DNA from: Camelus dromedarius | Lineage: Eukaryota | Direction: 5' to 3' | Length of the DNA stretch: 64,000 bases | Assembly: GCF_036321535.1 (NCBI RefSeq) | Contig: NC_087437.1 | Coordinates: forward strand, 64,730,001 to 64,794,000 | In this document: piece by piece, positions 1-12,600 of the stretch | Position numbering within the stretch: the stretch's first letter is position 1 | Layout of the letters: each line of letters opens with the position of its first letter | Position numbers and translations under genes: made by a program | Notes under the pieces: generated by a model | The model's input: the letters and a program-made list of their open reading frames with translations, nothing else | Databases searched by the model: none | Told to the model about the DNA's origin: nothing

Positions 1-2019
1 TGGCATTTTCTAGATTTTTAAGCTGATACAGCTTTCTGATAAATCCCTGCATTACATAAAATAAATGAAGTTCTTTTGAACCAAAGGATCCTATCAAGAA
101 CATTAAGAAGTGAGTCAGGTGGCCAAGCAGTATCTTTCTGTTTCAATAATCCATTGGCATTAGGACATTTTTTCTTCATCCAATACTTTCTCATATTGTC
201 GTTTAGAGCACCAGGGACGTGCTTGGATAGCTCCTTGGCAGAAACTCCCTACAGTGTCTGAATTCAAGTTCCAGCACAGGAAACCTGGGAAACCGCAGAA
301 GCCTTCAGCACCCAGGATGAGTTTTGGCCCTCTCCTAAATGAGAAACATGCCAAAAATTGATTGAGTCACTCCCTTAGGTAAGTGAAGAAACGTGTTTCC
401 CAAGAAAGAACAGAGTAGGCATTGCCTACAACCCTGGGCAAAATCATGACGTCTGAATCTTCACTCGGCCTTATACCCGGTCCTTTAACCATGGTCCACT
501 GGCAGAGAATTCTGGAAGTGCATGACAGATACCGGAGTTGAGTCCCTCTTCTTTGCAAGGCAAGAGCTCATTCTCTCAGTCTCTCTCTTTGGGATTAGTG
601 AAAATAATTTTTACAATAGAGTACACATTCTTGCTCCCAGATTATACTTCAGATTTGGTGGGGGGAAATGTTTGAGAAATTAATTTTTTTCCTTCAATTG
701 CAATGGTATTGCTAAGGGAAGATAGGTCTTTTGGGGAAAAACTTGTTCCTTTATCTGAATAAGCCCTAAATGGCCAATCAAGTTTTGAACACCCTTTCCA
801 TCAACAGTTTATTCAGTTGTAAGTCTGTTTTCTTTTTGTTACTCTAGGAATCCCAACAATTCTTGGGGAATTAGTCTAATTGTTCAAATACCACTTCCTT
901 ATCCTTTAAAATAAGCCACTCCCTTTAAAAAGAGTTATCTTCTGGGTTAAAACTATTTTTAACAGTTCCACTGTAACTATACATTCCAGTTTCCCACTTT
1001 TTAACCAATTTGTAATTTATTATGATATATACAAAATATGGACCCAAATGATTATTTCCCCACAAAATGTAATTTTTCTACAACATTTTGTAAATAAAAA
1101 ATTATTTTCATACTGTCTTTATTTTACCCAACTTAAACAGATTTGGGTCACACTTTCTGACTTTTTTTTTTTCCTGTTTCCATTATCTCTTTTGTTTTGT
1201 AATCTACTATCAGAAAAATGAAATATTTTGTAATAAATTTTAAACTTTGAAATATATTTTAAATTTTATTAGGGCAAGTATTTCCATTAAACTATTTTCT
1301 CTTTTCTTTTATACCATAATAGTAGTCAATCCCAGCTGACATTAGAATCACCTGGGCTCTTTACCAGAGATCCTTATTTAATTGGTCTGCAGTGAGTCCC
1401 CAACCTAGATTTTTTTAAACTTACAAATTAAGTGATTCTAATATGCAGGCAAAATTGAGAATCACTACACACAGTACTTGATCTTCTTTCCTATTTACTC
1501 TCTTTACTATTGTGTTCTCTTTACCATGAACCCTACCTAACAAGCAACAGGATGTTTATCCATTTATTCAAGTCTTTTATTTCTGAAAGTGAAACAGTGT
1601 GATTGTCTTTGCATAGGTGCTGTATGTCCCTTATTAGACTAATTCTTAAACATGTGATGTATTCCGACGTTCTACATCAAAATCAAGATAAAGTAAAAAC
1701 AAATCTAATCAACCTGATTATGAACTTTCATGTATCTTCGACCAGCTCTTCTGTGTATACCGCTTTAGATGTTTGTCCATGTTTGCACTGTTCAGAAAAG
1801 TATTATTACTAGGCCAGTAGAGATCTTTTTTCATTTATTGAACAAAATCTCTACATGCGAAAAGCTGAAGGCAGATGAATAGAGCAGTTTCTTTATTGTG
1901 AAGCATTGAGTTGTCAGTGGTAACCCCCCACCCCCCCCAAATCACTCTTCAAGCTCTTACTTATCTCCTTCAGGGGTCAAAATAGCTGAATAAATGGATT
2001 CTGGCCTTGTGTTGGTAGA

Positions 2020-2260
2020 TGGTAGAGGTTAAGAGCATTTGTTCTGGAGGCAAACAGCCTGGGATCATATTCTCACTTTACTAAGTAGCTTTGAGGCCTT
2101 GGGCAAGTAACTTAACCTCTCTATGCTCAGTCTTCTGTAAAGAGGGGACAGTAACAACATTCACCTCAGGAGGTTGTTACAGGAATTAAATGCATTATAT
2201 GTGTGAAGTCTTTAGAACCCTACCTGGCATATAATAAGCACTTAATGTACGCTACTATCA
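2020..2260 (+). mobile_element. MIR SINE (others at about 6630-6850, 42665-42880, 46150-46490 and 56860-56990)
   Basis: MIR core ccttgggcaagtaacttaacctctct...cctggcatataataagcactta. Confidence 0.75.
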
Positions 2261-2791
2261 TCATTTAGGGGCAGGGGGATTCGCAAGCGGCACTGTAGGA
2301 TAGTAAGCAGAGTGCAGAACACAGAGGGAGACATTATTTAGTGTACCTTTAAAACAAGTTTCCTCTTTTATTTCTTCCTTTCTTTCTCCTCTCTTCCACT
2401 TCTTCCCCTCTCCTTCCTAAACAATTCAGTCCAAAATCCATTAGGTAAAGCCAAGGAAAGATTACTATTAACAACCAAAATGAAATTAAGAAAACAATTT
2501 CACTTACAATAGCATTCACGGGAATAAATCTAACAAAAAACTGTAAAACTTATGCTCTGAAAACTATAAAACATTATCAAAAGAAATTACAGAATATATA
2601 AATAATTGGGAAAACATCCTATTCATGGATCAATAGGTTTAATATTTTTAAGATAACACTACTCCCCAAATTGAAATACATATTCAAACAAGTCCTATCA
2701 GAATCCTAGTTGACTGCTTGGTAGAAGTTTACAAGCTGATTCTAAAACTTATATGAAAATTCAAAAGATCCAGAAGAATCAAAACATTCTT

Positions 2792-2910
2792 GGGGGAGGG
2801 TACAGCTCAGTGGTAGAGTGTGTACCTTGCATGCACGAGGTCCCGGGTTCAGTCCCCAGCACCTCTAATAAGCAAATAAATAAACCTAATTGCCTGACCC
2901 CCCCAAAAAA
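2792..2910 (+). mobile_element. tRNA-derived SINE (camelid type, long-tail form) inserted in L1 ORF2
   Basis: GGGGAGGGTACAGCTCAGTGGTAGAG (A box) and GGTTCAGTCCC (B box), followed by an AAATAAACCTAA...CCCCCC-A tail. Confidence 0.88.
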
Positions 2911-3534
2911 TTTCTTGAAAAAGAACAAATTGGAGAACTCACTTTCTGATTTCAAAACTTACTATAAAGCAACAGTAATCAAGAAAGTGTGGCACAGGCA
3001 TGAGGATAAACAAGTTAATGCAATAGTTTGAGAGTCCAGAAGTGAACTCATGTGCCTATGATCAACTGTTTCAAGAAGGGTGCCAAGACCAATGTGGAAA
3101 AGAATAGTCTTTTCAACGAATGATGCTGGAACAACTAGATAACCACATGTAAAAGTATAAAGTTAGATCCTTACCTCATACTATTTATAAAATTAACTCA
3201 AAAGGGATCAAAGACCTAAATATAAAGGCTAAAACTGCACAACTCTTAGAAGAAACAGTAGTAAATCATCATAAGCTTGAATCTGGCAAAGAATCCTTCA
3301 ATCTGATAGCAAATGTATGAGCAACAAAAGAAAAAATGGACACTTTGGATTTCATTGAGATTAAAATCTTTGTACTTTAAAGAATACCATCAAGAAGTGT
3401 AAAAAACAACTACAAAATGGAAGAAAATACTTGCAAATCATATATCTGCTAAGGTACTTGTCTCCAGAATATGCAAAAAACCCTACAACGCAATAATAAG
3501 AAGACAAATAGCCCAATTTTAAAATAGACAAAGG

Positions 3535-3773
3535 TGGGGAGAGAAAAAATTAGAATTTGAGATTAACAAATACACAATATTATATATAAAATAGATAAAC
3601 AACAAAGACATACTGTATAGCACAGGGAATTATATTCAATATCTTGTAATAACCTACAATAGAAAAGAATCTGAAAAAGAATACACACACACATATATAT
3701 AACTGAATCACTTTGCTGTATACCTGCAACTTTGTAAATCAACTATACTCAATAAAAATAATAAATAAAAATA
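3535..3773 (+). mobile_element. Younger 5'-truncated L1 3' end nested in the older L1
   Basis: tactgtatagcacagggaattatattcaatatcttgtaataacc followed by an A-rich tail. TSD aaaatagacaaagg / aaaatagactaagg. Confidence 0.8.
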
Positions 3774-5272
3774 AAAATAGACTAAGGATCTGAATAGACA
3801 TTTCTCCAAGAAAGATATGCTCATGGATGATAAGCTCACGAAGAGATGCTTGACAGCCTTAGTCACCAAGGAAATGCAAATCAAAACCACAGCAAGATAC
3901 CTCTTCACATCCATTTGGATGGCTCCACTCAGAATGTCAGGTAAGAACAAGTGTTGATGAGAATGTGGAGAAATACAAACCCTCTTACACTGTTGGTGGG
4001 AATGTAAAATGAGGCAGCTGCTTTGGAAAACAGTCCATTCCTTGAACAATTCCTTGTTCAAGTTCCTTGAACAATTAAACATAGAGTTACCACATAAACC
4101 AACAATTCTACTCTTAGGTGTATACCCAAGAGAAATGAAAACATTTGTAAACACAAAAATGTGTACACAAGTGTTTATAGCAGCATTGTTTATAATAGTC
4201 AAAAGGTGAAGGCAACTCAAATACCCATTAACTGATGAATGGATAAACAAAATGTACTATATCCATAAAATGGAATATTATTTGGCCACAAAATGGAATA
4301 AAATATTAGTACATGCTACAGCATGGATGAATCTTGAAAACATTTGTTAAATGAAAGAAGCCAGTTACAAAAGACCATATATAGTATGATTCCATATATA
4401 GTAAATGTCTAGAAAACACAAATCCATAGAGACAAAAAGTGAGTAAATTAGTGTTTGCTTAGGGGTGGCAAAGGATAGACGAGGATGACAGTTTTTGGAG
4501 TTTCTTTTCAAAGTGATGAAAATGTTCTAAAATTTGCTGTGATGATGGTTGCATACATCTTTGAACATACTAAAAACCATTGAATTGTATACTTTGTATA
4601 TAATTGTATGGTATGTAAATTATACTGCAATAAAAGTGTTAAAAAGAGAAAAATGGCAATTAAATGGAGCACATGGTTTTGGACTGGAGCTTTTTTTTGC
4701 AATAAATGACATTTTTGGGATGAGTGGGGAAATTTGAACATTGTCTGAAGATTAGATGCTAGCAAAAGTTTCATGTTAATTTCCCAGTGTTGATGGCTGT
4801 ATTTCAGTTACTCAGGAGAATATACTTGTTTGTAGGAAATGCACACTAAAGTATTTACTGGTGATGGGGCATCACTGTAGATAACGTACTCTCAAATGTC
4901 GGGAAGAAAGTCTTGGGGGGCAACTTATCAGTAAGTTGGAGATTGTTTCAAAATATAAATATATTTTGTAAAATACAAATATATTTTGTAAAATACTTGA
5001 TTTTCTTTTAAAATGTGAGGGAGGATGGAGATGGCATGTTGGGTTTTCAGCAGCCCCAGGGCACTGACAGCCCATGACCTAGCCTGCTGGTGGTACGAGT
5101 AGTGGTGGTGTCATCCTTTAGCCAGCTGCATTAGGCCTGACTAATTTTTGTAAGATTTCCAATTGACATCCATTTGTATGGAATTTCTTCTCTAAAGCAA
5201 TAATGTTGATTCTGAGAAAGAAAAGGTAATTACTATTATATAAAATACATGAGAACTACTTGAAAAGATTCA

Positions 5273-5316
5273 TTTATTTGGTAAGGGACAACTCCTTATT
5301 GTTAGTTACATTTATT
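5273..5316 (-). terminator. Two candidate CSTA polyA signals (AATAAA at 5316-5311 and 5278-5273)
   Basis: tttatt occurs twice within about 100 nt downstream of the CSTA stop. Confidence 0.6.
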
Positions 5317-5374
5317 AGCAGGGATCATCCATCAGCAGCCGGTGGAAAGAATCGGCCACTTTTGGAACATGCTG

Positions 5375-5503
5375 CTAAAAGCCCGTCAGCTCGTCGTCCT
5401 TGTTTTTGTCAGTCTGGTAACCAGTAAGTGTCAAAGACTGATCTTGTTGAGGAAGACTTTTGAATATTTTTAGGTGAATATATTTATTCTCACCTACTCG
5501 TAC
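5375..5503 (-). CDS. CSTA: Cystatin A, coding exon 3 (stop TAG); total protein 98 aa
   Basis: Translates VRVGENKYIHLKIFKSLPQQDQSLTLTGYQTDKNKDDELTGF*. A polypyrimidine tract and CAG acceptor lie at 5506-5504. Confidence 0.98.
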   Translation of the reverse strand, partial: VRVGENKYIHLKIFKSLPQQDQSLTLTGYQTDKNKDDELTGF

Positions 5504-6093
5504 CTGAAAGGTTAAAAAAAAAAAAGAAAAAATGAAAAAGGAGATTCATTCACATGAAATATCTACAGACCTATAAAGACTTCGCTGCAAGAAGCTTTTC
5601 TGGAATTGCATTCCTAGGCCAGCATTCTTAGACCCTTGGTTTTCATAAACCCACCACCTTATTTTATGAGAGAAAGGGCAGGCGAAAGGCAGGGCAAGAG
5701 GCATAGGTCCTGGGTTTATTTTACTTGATATTTTACTCTACTCTGGGCACAAATGAAAGTCCAGAGTTGCATTTCATTTTTTAAATGCATAAATCAAGAA
5801 AATAAGTGGCAGACTTTTTGGCGATTCTGTTTCCTGACTCCCAAATTGGGACACTATTAATATTAGAATTTGCTGTATAAATACCCACTGGTAGGACTGG
5901 GCAGGGCCCAGCAGTGGACAGTCTTGTTTCCCTTCTAAAGTAAGGGATCTTGCTGGAAAATCATTGGTATGAAGATTGAAATGGTAGTGTGGGCATGAAT
6001 CTGGGACCTAGAAAATCATGGTAAAAATTTCCACTTTTGTTCCTGGTTCAATTTTGTCCTTGAATAATATTTATTGTGCTTTGATGTCCCTTC

Positions 6094-6309
6094 CTAACCT
6101 AATTTTATTTTTATTTTTTAGAATTATTACAGATGAATGGCTTTATTGCCATGTGCTCTACAATATACACTTGTGGCTTATTTATTTTGTACATGGTAGT
6201 TAATAATTCTTAATCCCCTACCCCCGTCTTGCCTCTCCCCCTTTCCCTTTCTCCACTGGTAACCACTAGTTCATCCTTTATATCTTTGAGTCTAACTAAC
6301 CTAATTTTA
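6094..6309 (-). mobile_element. Short L1 3' fragment in CSTA intron 2 with a 14-bp TSD
   Basis: CTAACCTAATTTTA at 6094-6107 and 6296-6309 flanks L1 3'UTR-like sequence. Confidence 0.75.
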
Positions 6310-8467
6310 GTAAATGCCATGTATCAAATGTTTACTGTGAGTTGAACACTATGATGACCATTCTACACATTTGATTTATATTTACTTCTTATTATAGGCC
6401 TGAAAAAAGGTGGAACAGTGACAATTTTACAGATGCTGTAGCAGATTAAGAGAGATTAAGTAATTTTCCACAAATCTCTCAACTAATAAGTGATAGAGCC
6501 AAAATTCAAATCCAGACCCCATCATCTGTGTTCTTTTCACTCTATGGGGCAACTTTTTAAAAACATTTATTCTGTGCTTGGAACAGGGCACCAGGCTTTG
6601 CATATGTTACTAGAGGCAGCGCAGCTGTAAGCATCAGACTGCCTGGGTTCAGATTCTGGTTGTGCTCTTATAGCTTTGTGATCTTTGTTAGTTACTCTAC
6701 CTCCCCAGAGCTCAATTTTCTCATGAGTAGCACAAAGGAAGTGAGGAAATGATCGTACATATAGATAGTATATAAAGAGGGTTAGATGAGATAATACAGG
6801 CCCAGCTCTTAGAACAGTGCCCAGCACATCGTAAACATCTAGTTTATTTATTCCACCCTGCAAAGCAGATTATTATTACTCACATTGCGTAGGTAAGGGA
6901 ATTAAGGCTCAGAGAAAATGACAGGCTGTGATCACACAGGTTTTGCGAGAGTTCAGATGCAGCACTGCCTGACAGCAAAGCCTACAATCCTTCCATTTTA
7001 CCACCTGCCTCTTGACAGAACAAAAGGAGGTCACAACACCAGCCAGACCTGAAATCCAGGGAGTGAGTGGCTCAGAGGAAAGAGATCAACAGCTAGACTG
7101 CCAGGAAATAAGGAGGAAGCTGGGATCAGGGCCTGTAATCCGGTAGGAAAAATATGATAGCAGATGGAAGGGGACTGTGGTTAAGACTGGTCTTAAGGGA
7201 AGAAATTTTCAAGATAATTTCAAGACAGTTTTCTGATGGGCTTTTTAAGAAATATCTGAGCTGGTTAGTATGTAAAAGTTACACACTTGGATTAATCATA
7301 ATTTATTAAAATAATGATGCCAATTTTGATGGAATGCTTCTTATCTTTGAACAAAACCACTTTTAAATGGAAATCATTCTCTTCCAGCTGTGAAGAAAGC
7401 AGGAAAGGAGGAAACAAGGCCATTGCTTTCTGAGGATAAGGCAGGATCTCACTCCTGTGCAGCACCCCAGAGCATGGCATGTGCTAGGGGTCAAATTTGG
7501 TAGGACTGAGTTAATCTAGTTACGTGACCCAGTCTTGTAATTTTCTCATGCTTAGCTGGTTAGCACTGCTTATTTTATTTTTACGCTGAAAACATTAAAA
7601 TATTTTTATATCTTAAGTATAATTGTTTGTTAAAGAGAAGTAAGCCAGACTGTGCCCTGGTCAAATAGTTTAGGAAAGATGAAGTAAATACATTTGAATG
7701 TCTGTTTTTATTATTTATTAAATCAGAGTGACCATCTTCTTGATACAAAAGGACAAAAATGCCCTCCAAATATCTATGGTTAAACCGTTGGATTCAATAA
7801 CTTCACCAATATTTTTTTCAATTAGTGCTGGATTGGTACGTCATTTAATTTTCTGATATAGCTATAAAATTAATTTTTAAAATACTTTTAATGATCCACT
7901 GCTCCAAACTACACCTACAATGTCACAAGTTAATCTACTTATTGAGTGGCAGAAATTATTTAAATTACACTACTCAAAATGTTTATTTAAAAGGCAAAAG
8001 TGGTTTAAATTATCTTCCCACCTAATGATTCAAGTCATTCCTTAAATCCATTTAATTTAGACACATAGAATCACAAAGCTTTAAGGTGAAATAAGCGTCA
8101 AGATAGCATCTGGTCCAGTCCGACACCCCACATCTTCAGGATCCCACTTCACACCTGAAGCAGCCGTGGCCACAAGCTAAACATGCTCTGAACTCTGAAA
8201 ACCATAAAATGTTTTTCTGTACATTTTCTGGAAATTCAGTTAAGGATCAAAATAAGAAATCCTTCTAAATTCACAGAAAAAGATAATGTAAATATACCAA
8301 CATCTTTCAAATTTGAGAATTTACCACTTGGGAAGTATCATGCTTTATAGGTATCTCAATTTAGGACAAGGAGAAGGAAAAAATTGTAAGGTAGGGGTGA
8401 CAGAGAACATTACATAGAGTGAAAGATACAATATCCTTTAGTGCTAAAGTGACTGTTGAGCTCTAAC

Positions 8468-8569
8468 CTTAATGTAGTAATTTACTCCAGCAACCACTTG
8501 GGTTTTATATTCTACAGCTTCAAATTCTTCATAAGCCTCATTTGTTTTTTCTTCAAGCTGTGATTTAAC
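8468..8569 (-). CDS. CSTA: Cystatin A, coding exon 2 (QVVAG loop)
   Basis: Translates [34 protein letters not shown]. Acceptor cttcttcAG and donor GTTAGA, length 102 bp. Confidence 0.98.
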
Positions 8570-9509
8570 CTGAAGAAGAGAAAAGAGGAAACAAATGACC
8601 AAACCTGTGTTGAACTCCATTTATGTAGTTTACAAATCTGTTAAATATGTTACGAAGAGGTATATGTGTTTGATTACCAATAAGGAGAGACCAATAATTA
8701 CTACTTCATTATAAAATTTTAAATTTTGAAATAATTTCAGACTTAAAGTTGCAAAGATAGTATAGCATATCTTACGATCCTTAATTTAATCACATCTGCA
8801 AGTCCCTTTGCCATGTAAGGTAGCGTATTTCAGGATTTGGGGATTAGGATGTGGGCAACTTTGGAGGACCATCATTCTGTCTACCACAGAGGGCTACAAG
8901 TTTAGATGCCAGCATTCCTGAACCAAGCAGGAGGAGGCAGCGAGAGGGTCTCAAATTCAATATGTAAACTTTTCCTAAATCCACCAGTTTTCAGTATAGG
9001 TCTTCCATTCCTGCCCTCAGCTGGGCCTGATATTCTAGGGTCCACTGTGGTTTCTCTAACTCAGTTTCTGCTAAGAGTAAAGCTCCAATCTCCTGCCCGA
9101 GTGGAGGACCGGTAATAGCTTGTCTTCCAGGGTGGTGGATAGTGCGAGGGAAGGATCTGGGTGAGGGAAGTCTAACTGCTCCTCATATCGATCTTCCATC
9201 AGTTCTCCTGTTTTTAGCCCCATGCCTCACTCTCATCTTCCTGTTTCTGGCATTGCTATCTCTGGAGCCACTTTGGAGATCTGTAGCGTGAATCTGCGTT
9301 CTCCCAGCTCAGACATTCCCCTGTGTGGCTTGGGCTCTGTCTAGATGGCTCAGTCATTTTCCATTGTTCATATGTTTTCCATCTTCCAAGGTTTTATCGA
9401 TGTCTCTGAAATGTTTGCCTATCTCTCGTTGTCTCTTTTTTCCTATGCATTTCTTCTTTTATGTTTCAGTGTACAGTGGCGTGGGGAAGGGGAAATTAGC
9501 CCTCTTAGC

Positions 9510-10035
9510 TCTTTTTAAAAAATCTATTTTTATATATAGTGGCTAACATTTGCAAATCTCAAATTTATCTTTTCCCATCCTCTTTCCCTGGTAACCATAC
9601 AATTGTTTACTATGTCTGAGAGTCTGTTTCTGTTGTGTAGATGAGTTTTTTTTCTTTTTTCTTTTTTTTTAGATTTCACATATGAGTGATATCATATGGT
9701 TTTTTCTTTCTCCTTCTGGCCTACTTCACTTAGAATGACGATCTCTAGGTCCATCCATGTTGCTGCAAATGGCATTATTTTATTTTTTATAGTTGAGTAG
9801 TATTCCACATAAATATACACAACTTCTTTATCCAGTCATCTGTTGGTGGACATTTAGGTTGCTTCCATGTCTTGGCTATTGTACATAGTGCTGCTATGAA
9901 CATTGGGGTGCATGTATCTTTTCAAATTAGAGTTCCCTCCAGATATATACCCAGAAGTGGGATTGCTGGATCATATGGTAAATCTATTTTTAGTTTTCTG
10001 AGGAATCTCCATATTGTTTTCCATAATGGCTGCCC
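9510..10035 (-). mobile_element. L1 3' region fragment
   Basis: ttgctgcaaatggcattattt...atagtgctgctatgaacattggggtgcatgtatc...gggattgctggatcatatgg. Confidence 0.88.
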
Positions 10036-11099
10036 CAATGTCATCATCTTTATATCTGTGGATTTGTGCCTTTTCCTCCCTTTAATCCTTTTCTATCATT
10101 TAGAGGGAAAGGAAACAAATGTGTGAGTTCAAATACCTTGTTTATTGGGAAGTTGCCTCCCTGCCAGTAACTGAAGCATTTTATGTGCCTGGACAGCTTT
10201 AGTCAGGCCTCCAGTGGATCTAGGGTTCTCCCAAGGCCACCCAGTCCTTCCCATCAGTGGGCAAATGTTTTGAATCCTTCTCTGTTAGTGCCTCAGTTTG
10301 GGTACCAGAACTGTTTCCAAAGACCTAGACATTTGCAAACTCTTTGAGTTCTCAGACCATTTTTGAAGGGCAAGCCCTTCATGGACCACCACCCAATCCT
10401 CCTGTATGGTTCAGAATAGATGAGAAGAATGTAATTGCTTTCTTGAGATGGAAAGCCAAGTTTCAAAGTGGAGAGAGGAAGAAGACAAATAGAAAAAATA
10501 GAAGAGAAAGAAAGAAATGAGAAGAGGTAGGGCACAGGAGAGAGAGGAGACAAGTGGACAAGCGTGCACAGAGAAGTTGAGGGAGGGAAGAGTTGCTGTC
10601 TTTTTGCTCTGTCCTTTCCCTTTTGAGCCAACACTGGGTACCAGTCAAGTAAGGAGCTGAGCTGGAAAGGGTTACTCTCTACACTCAACCCCCAATTATC
10701 TATTTAAGCCTAATTTTCCAGATGAGGAACCTGAGGCTTCCAGGAGAACAAGACCACTTAAGGCTGAAATATTACTAATTATAGTTATTTAAAGTTTTAA
10801 ATCCCTTGCCTGCTAAGTATCTGGTTTATCTTTTTTTTTTTTTAAACCACATATCAGAAGTTTGTATTTCTATCTGTCCTAGAAACCCATCCAAATCTGT
10901 ATACTTTCCATTGTTTCTATGCAATCCACAAGTCCAGAATTTCCCATGAAAGAGTTGATTTCAAATGTCCTGGTTTGTTTCCGTAAGTGCACTGGTGCCT
11001 GTCAGGCTGGGTGCCCTGAATTCAAGTTCATTGTACCTGTAGCTCTGCTCCCCCTTTCCAGTAAAACAGATTTGTACTTCTCTAATGTTGGATGCTATG

Positions 11100-12600
11100 A
11101 ACCTGGGATGATGAGATTTAAGGTGATTAAGGTGATGAGATTTAAGATGAGGAGCAGGAAAAGGGGCAGACTAGGAAAGAGCTGGTCAGTGAACCTTCAG
11201 TTCCAGAAGACAGGTTGGTGTTGAAAAACCCCCCAGGACAGATGCCAGGAGGATGAAGGCCAGCTGGCAATGGGGATCCGGAGTCTGGTGGTAAATTGAC
11301 AGATCTTGAGCTGAACGTAGTTGGCACTCACCCTCCTCAGCCCACCATGCGTCGTGGTGGCTGAGAGACTGGAGGGAACAGTGTAGGTTTGCCACATGGG
11401 CTGCAGCCAGGGGAGGATGCTACCAGAGAGGAGCACTTGGTCAAATGCAGCTACCCCTCAGCACTTCAAGCATTTCTTGTTGCTGCAGAGCATGAATCTT
11501 GGTGAGCTGTTCGTTCTCTGGGATCTGAAGATTTGAGCCACGCTGCACACTACACCCAGGCATTTCCACCACTTGAAATCATTATGCAGAAACATTTGGG
11601 CTATGCATAATTTAGGGAAAATGGATAGAAAGATTATGGTGGTAGCATGGATCGACTGTATCTTGGGAAGTTTTACAGAGTGACAAAGAAGAGTTTGGGT
11701 AGCAGCATGAAAGTATGGTAGAGCTGGTGAGAGATGACTTGTGGACATTTGTCATGTGACGGTTTTAAGGGCAAGGGGAAGTATGGGGCAAGGCACCCAG
11801 AATGCAAGAAATGATGGCACTTAGCTTGAGAAAGGAGGACAAAGCTTTAGACTGGAGGGAGGAATGAGATCAGCAGGAAGAGGTAAATCAGGGCATTCTC
11901 GCACCAGATGGCTGCAACCCTAAGAGGAGAAACTGAGACACTGACTGGTTGGGGCACGGGGATGGGAGGGATTGAGAAACTGAGGGCAGAGACGGTCCAG
12001 ATGAATTTCTGTGGGGTTTCTAGAAAAGGACCAGCAGACTATGACTGAACGGATGTTCTGGCAGCCCCAGGGTCCTGCTGCCATTTTTTGCTGCCATGAA
12101 TTCGTAGGTTTGTTAATGAGTGAATTGTGTATGATTCTGCATCTTCCTTGAGCAAAGTTCTTCGTACCTGGAGCAGAAGCTGAGGAGGAAGTGGCGGCAG
12201 TGGGCGTGACCTCTAGTTGGGGACCGGAATGCCAGAGCTCATGCGGTCATGTCATGGAGAGCAGGGGTGGAGGGGAGTATGAAACCACCCATCATGGGGT
12301 CTAGGCTGGAGGAGTGAGCCTGGGGGCCCAGGCATCTTCTGATGAAGCCAGGAGGGTGAGTGCCTGAAGGATTCTGATGTGGCTGAATGGCAGGTTGTCT
12401 GGGTGTGGGGCAGTGGAAGGGGTGACTGATGGGGAGGCTGCGGTCAGAGAGAACAACACAAATCTGTGGGTGAGTGAGAGCTGTGACATGCTAGGCTCTG
12501 GGGTGTGTCCATAATGGGGTGCAGATGGGATGTTTGCATGGTGTCCTGGCAGACAAAAGTCATGATCTGTATGCCAGGAATGGTATTCAGGAGTCAGGTT
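11100..12600 (-). mobile_element. Ancient L2 LINE body (boundaries approximate)
   Basis: Purine-rich degenerate sequence whose reverse strand resembles the L2 endonuclease region. Confidence 0.45.

Larger units (their letters stand above)
2450..4650 (+). mobile_element. Old L1 (L1M-type), ORF2 3' part plus 3'UTR, degraded
   Basis: Remnant peptides DFKTYYKATVIKKVW and LNIELPHKPTILLLGVYPREMKT, followed by a typical L1 3'UTR. Confidence 0.9.

Noticed and set aside
3708..4250. 180-aa minus-strand ORF
   Set aside because: Antisense translation of a degraded L1 3' region.
4951..4996. 20-bp tandem duplication (aaatatattttgtaaaatac)
   Set aside because: Only about 2 copies in AT-rich TE-tail sequence, consistent with simple slippage. 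It is not a CRISPR-like array.
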